Below, piece by piece: positions 61,596-64,000 of a DNA stretch of 64,000 nucleotides. Position 1 is the first letter of the stretch. Each line of letters starts with the position of its first letter. Below the pieces are notes generated by a model. The model saw nothing but the letters and a program-made list of their open reading frames with translations. It ran no database searches and was not told where the DNA came from. The stretch is from Minutocellus sp. GHC0000111 (lineage: Eukaryota). Made by a program: the position numbers and the translations under genes. The stretch lies in contig OZ361259.1 of NCBI GenBank assembly GCA_977018835.1, positions 3,720,001 through 3,784,000 of the forward strand. The letters run 5' to 3'.

Positions 61596-64000
61596 ATGCC
61601 CCCACCGCGACGGTTTCAGCTCAACCCTGCGTTCGCCTCGGCCCATGGCATACAGCACGATGGTGGACGGTCAGCGCCCAGTCGATCCTCCACTTCCCAA
61701 AGTCGCATCAATAATTCAAATCGCCGACCCACTTCTTCCACCGTTACAAGAACCCATCACCAGTCCCACCACGCCCACAACGTCGACCACGCCCTGCGCT
61801 CGGCTCGTCGAACCGGCCGTTTCCACCTGTCCTCATGCTCCCTCACCGCCCTTCCCTCTGCCATGTTTGACCCCCGCTCCGGCATAGAGATCGATCTGTC
61901 GCTGGACTCCACCGACAATCCGGGAAGATGGCAAAGCTACGGAGAGGAGGAGATTACCACCCTCGACATATCTGACAATGAATTGAGGAATACTAATGAT
62001 GGAAGTGGGTGTGGTTTCGACGAGAGGATTGCCAAATTTGCATCCCTCAAGAGTCTGCGTGCCCGACGATGCAACCTCGCCGATCCTCTGCCGTGGACCT
62101 CGGCCCTGAGCACGTTGGACAATTTGACCATCTTGGACCTGAGCAGCAATGGCGACGGGATCCGCGTGGCATGCCTCGAATATCTCCCCATGACGATTCG
62201 GGAGGTGGATTTGAGTGATAACGCGATTGAACGGTTGACGGAGGTGGACGTATCTGAGGGTATGCTGGACCTGCCATTGTGCTGCCGAATTTGGTCAGCC
62301 TGGATGTTTCCCAGAATAGGCTGACGACGTTGCCGCCCAATATGGAGGTGCCCAGTTTGCAGACCTTGCGATTTGGTACCAATCGCATCAACACAATACC
62401 GGATGATTTGATTGTGCAGTGTTCCCGATCTTTGTCTACCCTGGAGGGTCCAGGCAATCAACTTCGGGCTGTGCCCGATCTATTCGGTTGCCGACGGCTT
62501 CAAGTTGTAGACCTGTGTGATAATAGTTTGACTGCCTGTCCTGGAGTCAACCCGTCCTTGGTGCGGTTGAGCCTCAATGATAATTCGATATCATCCCTTG
62601 GTGAATTATTCTCTGGTGCACAGCGTGGAAGTGATACGTTCCGATCGAATCTTACCGAGCTACGATTGCGGGGGAATAAGCTGTCACAATTGGATGGCGA
62701 TATCGTGAGATGCCTGACCAAGGTGGTGGTACTGGACGTAGCGCAAAACGATTTGACAGATCTACCTCGAGTATTGGGATATCTACCAGAATTGCGCCGC
62801 GTACCGTTGGAGGGCAATGCCCTGCGGGTCATTCGAAGTCCCCTCGCTAGCAACATTGCAGCTCTCAAGGACTTTCTGAGGAAGAGGGGGCCGCCACCTC
62901 CAGGACCCGATTATCTGGAGGGACCTGACCCGGCTTCCTCTGGTGTTGATGCTGATGGTTCTACTCCGCCCTTGTCAAGCAATGCGGAGACAAAGATAAT
63001 CGTGCAGTCTGCACTCGTTGGAACCCACACATTGGATTTGAGTGGGAAGAATCTACAAAGGCTACCAAATGATTTGAATATGGAATTGATGAGCCGCTCT
63101 ACCAGCGCTACCGCTGCTCCTGGTGCCACCACGGGAGGCAATATCAAGAAGTTGAATTGTTCCAAGAATGCTTTGACGACACTGGATGGTTGGCTGCAGA
63201 CTCTGCCGGCTATATCATCAATCGATGCTTCGCAGAATCAGATTGATGCTCTCCCTGATTGCTTAGCTGATTTACCCTTGGCCGACATTCGTCTCGCAAG
63301 GAACCGCCTGTCATTCATGACAATAGCAAGTAGCCCGCTTTGTCTGGCCAGTGTATCATCATCTTTGGCAATGAGTTTGAGTTATTTGGATTTATCTGGA
63401 AATGGCTTGGAGTTGTTTCCAAGTGATTTGAGCAAGCTTCCAGCCCTGTCGACGCTCCTCCTATCGAACAATCGGATCCGAACCCTTGCAGCTGGAGGGC
63501 ACAACGGCAAGCCAAGTGGATGGTGCAAGGGATTCAAGGCTCTCGAGACACTGAATCTATCGGGCAATCAGATATCGGACCTTGGCGAGTTTCCTCGTTG
63601 TCTGATCGAGTGCTGTCCTCTTCTGCGTGGCCTTTCACTCCAAAACAATGAGCTTTCCCTCATCCCACCAGCCTTGGGTATGCTTCAGAATCTAACCAGC
63701 ATCGACTTGAGGGGCAATCCGCAGCGGGGCATTCGAATGGGTATCCTTGATCGGAGTTGTACTGAGATATTGACTTATCTGAGAGGGCGCATGGATGAGA
63801 GAGAACGCCAAAGCCTTGAGGCGTTGTTGCAGTTGACAAAGCCATCTGAAGGAGGTGAATCGGAATCAGGTAAGTCAGCATCGTCCAACGAAAAAGAAGG
63901 AAGCAGCAAAGTCGAGGAACTCAAGAGGTCCATCGAGGATATTACCATGGAACTCAACAATGTACATCTAACGGAAGCAACCAAGTATGCGAAAAAGAAA
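61596..64000 (+). CDS. Leucine-rich repeat protein (frameshift near 62278; 3' end outside window)
   Basis: Repeated LxxLDLSxNxL motifs that continue in a shifted frame to the window end. Confidence 0.85.

Overview
Eukaryotic genomic window, most likely from a diatom. Support: GT-AG introns, diatom-type rDNA, a bipartite plastid-targeting peptide, METE and diatom-style gene families. 1-8.2 kb holds a tandemly duplicated divergent gene pair for membrane-anchored Cys-rich/FG-GAP proteins, one copy fused to a broken serine protease. 8.4-33.2 kb and 47.5-64 kb hold ordinary genes: M12B protease, proteasome beta1, sphingosine kinase, dCTPase, HSF, C2 protein, epimerase-fibrillin, RING/Sel1, FAD oxidase, PP2C, FKBP, METE, Sec39/NBAS-like and LRR. 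Several carry frameshifts. About 33.2-46.8 kb is a repeat-derived block made of an intron-containing Helitron-type Rep-PIF1 element with a ubiquitin-like module, spacer subrepeats, and one orphan, internally deleted rDNA unit. The most striking signal is that this block, but apparently not the flanking genes, carries dense A:T to G:C transitions on both strands, mostly at TpA (TA to TG/CA). This looks like a repeat-targeted hypermutation running opposite to fungal RIP. rRNA comparisons are against conserved consensus recalled from memory, not a computed alignment.
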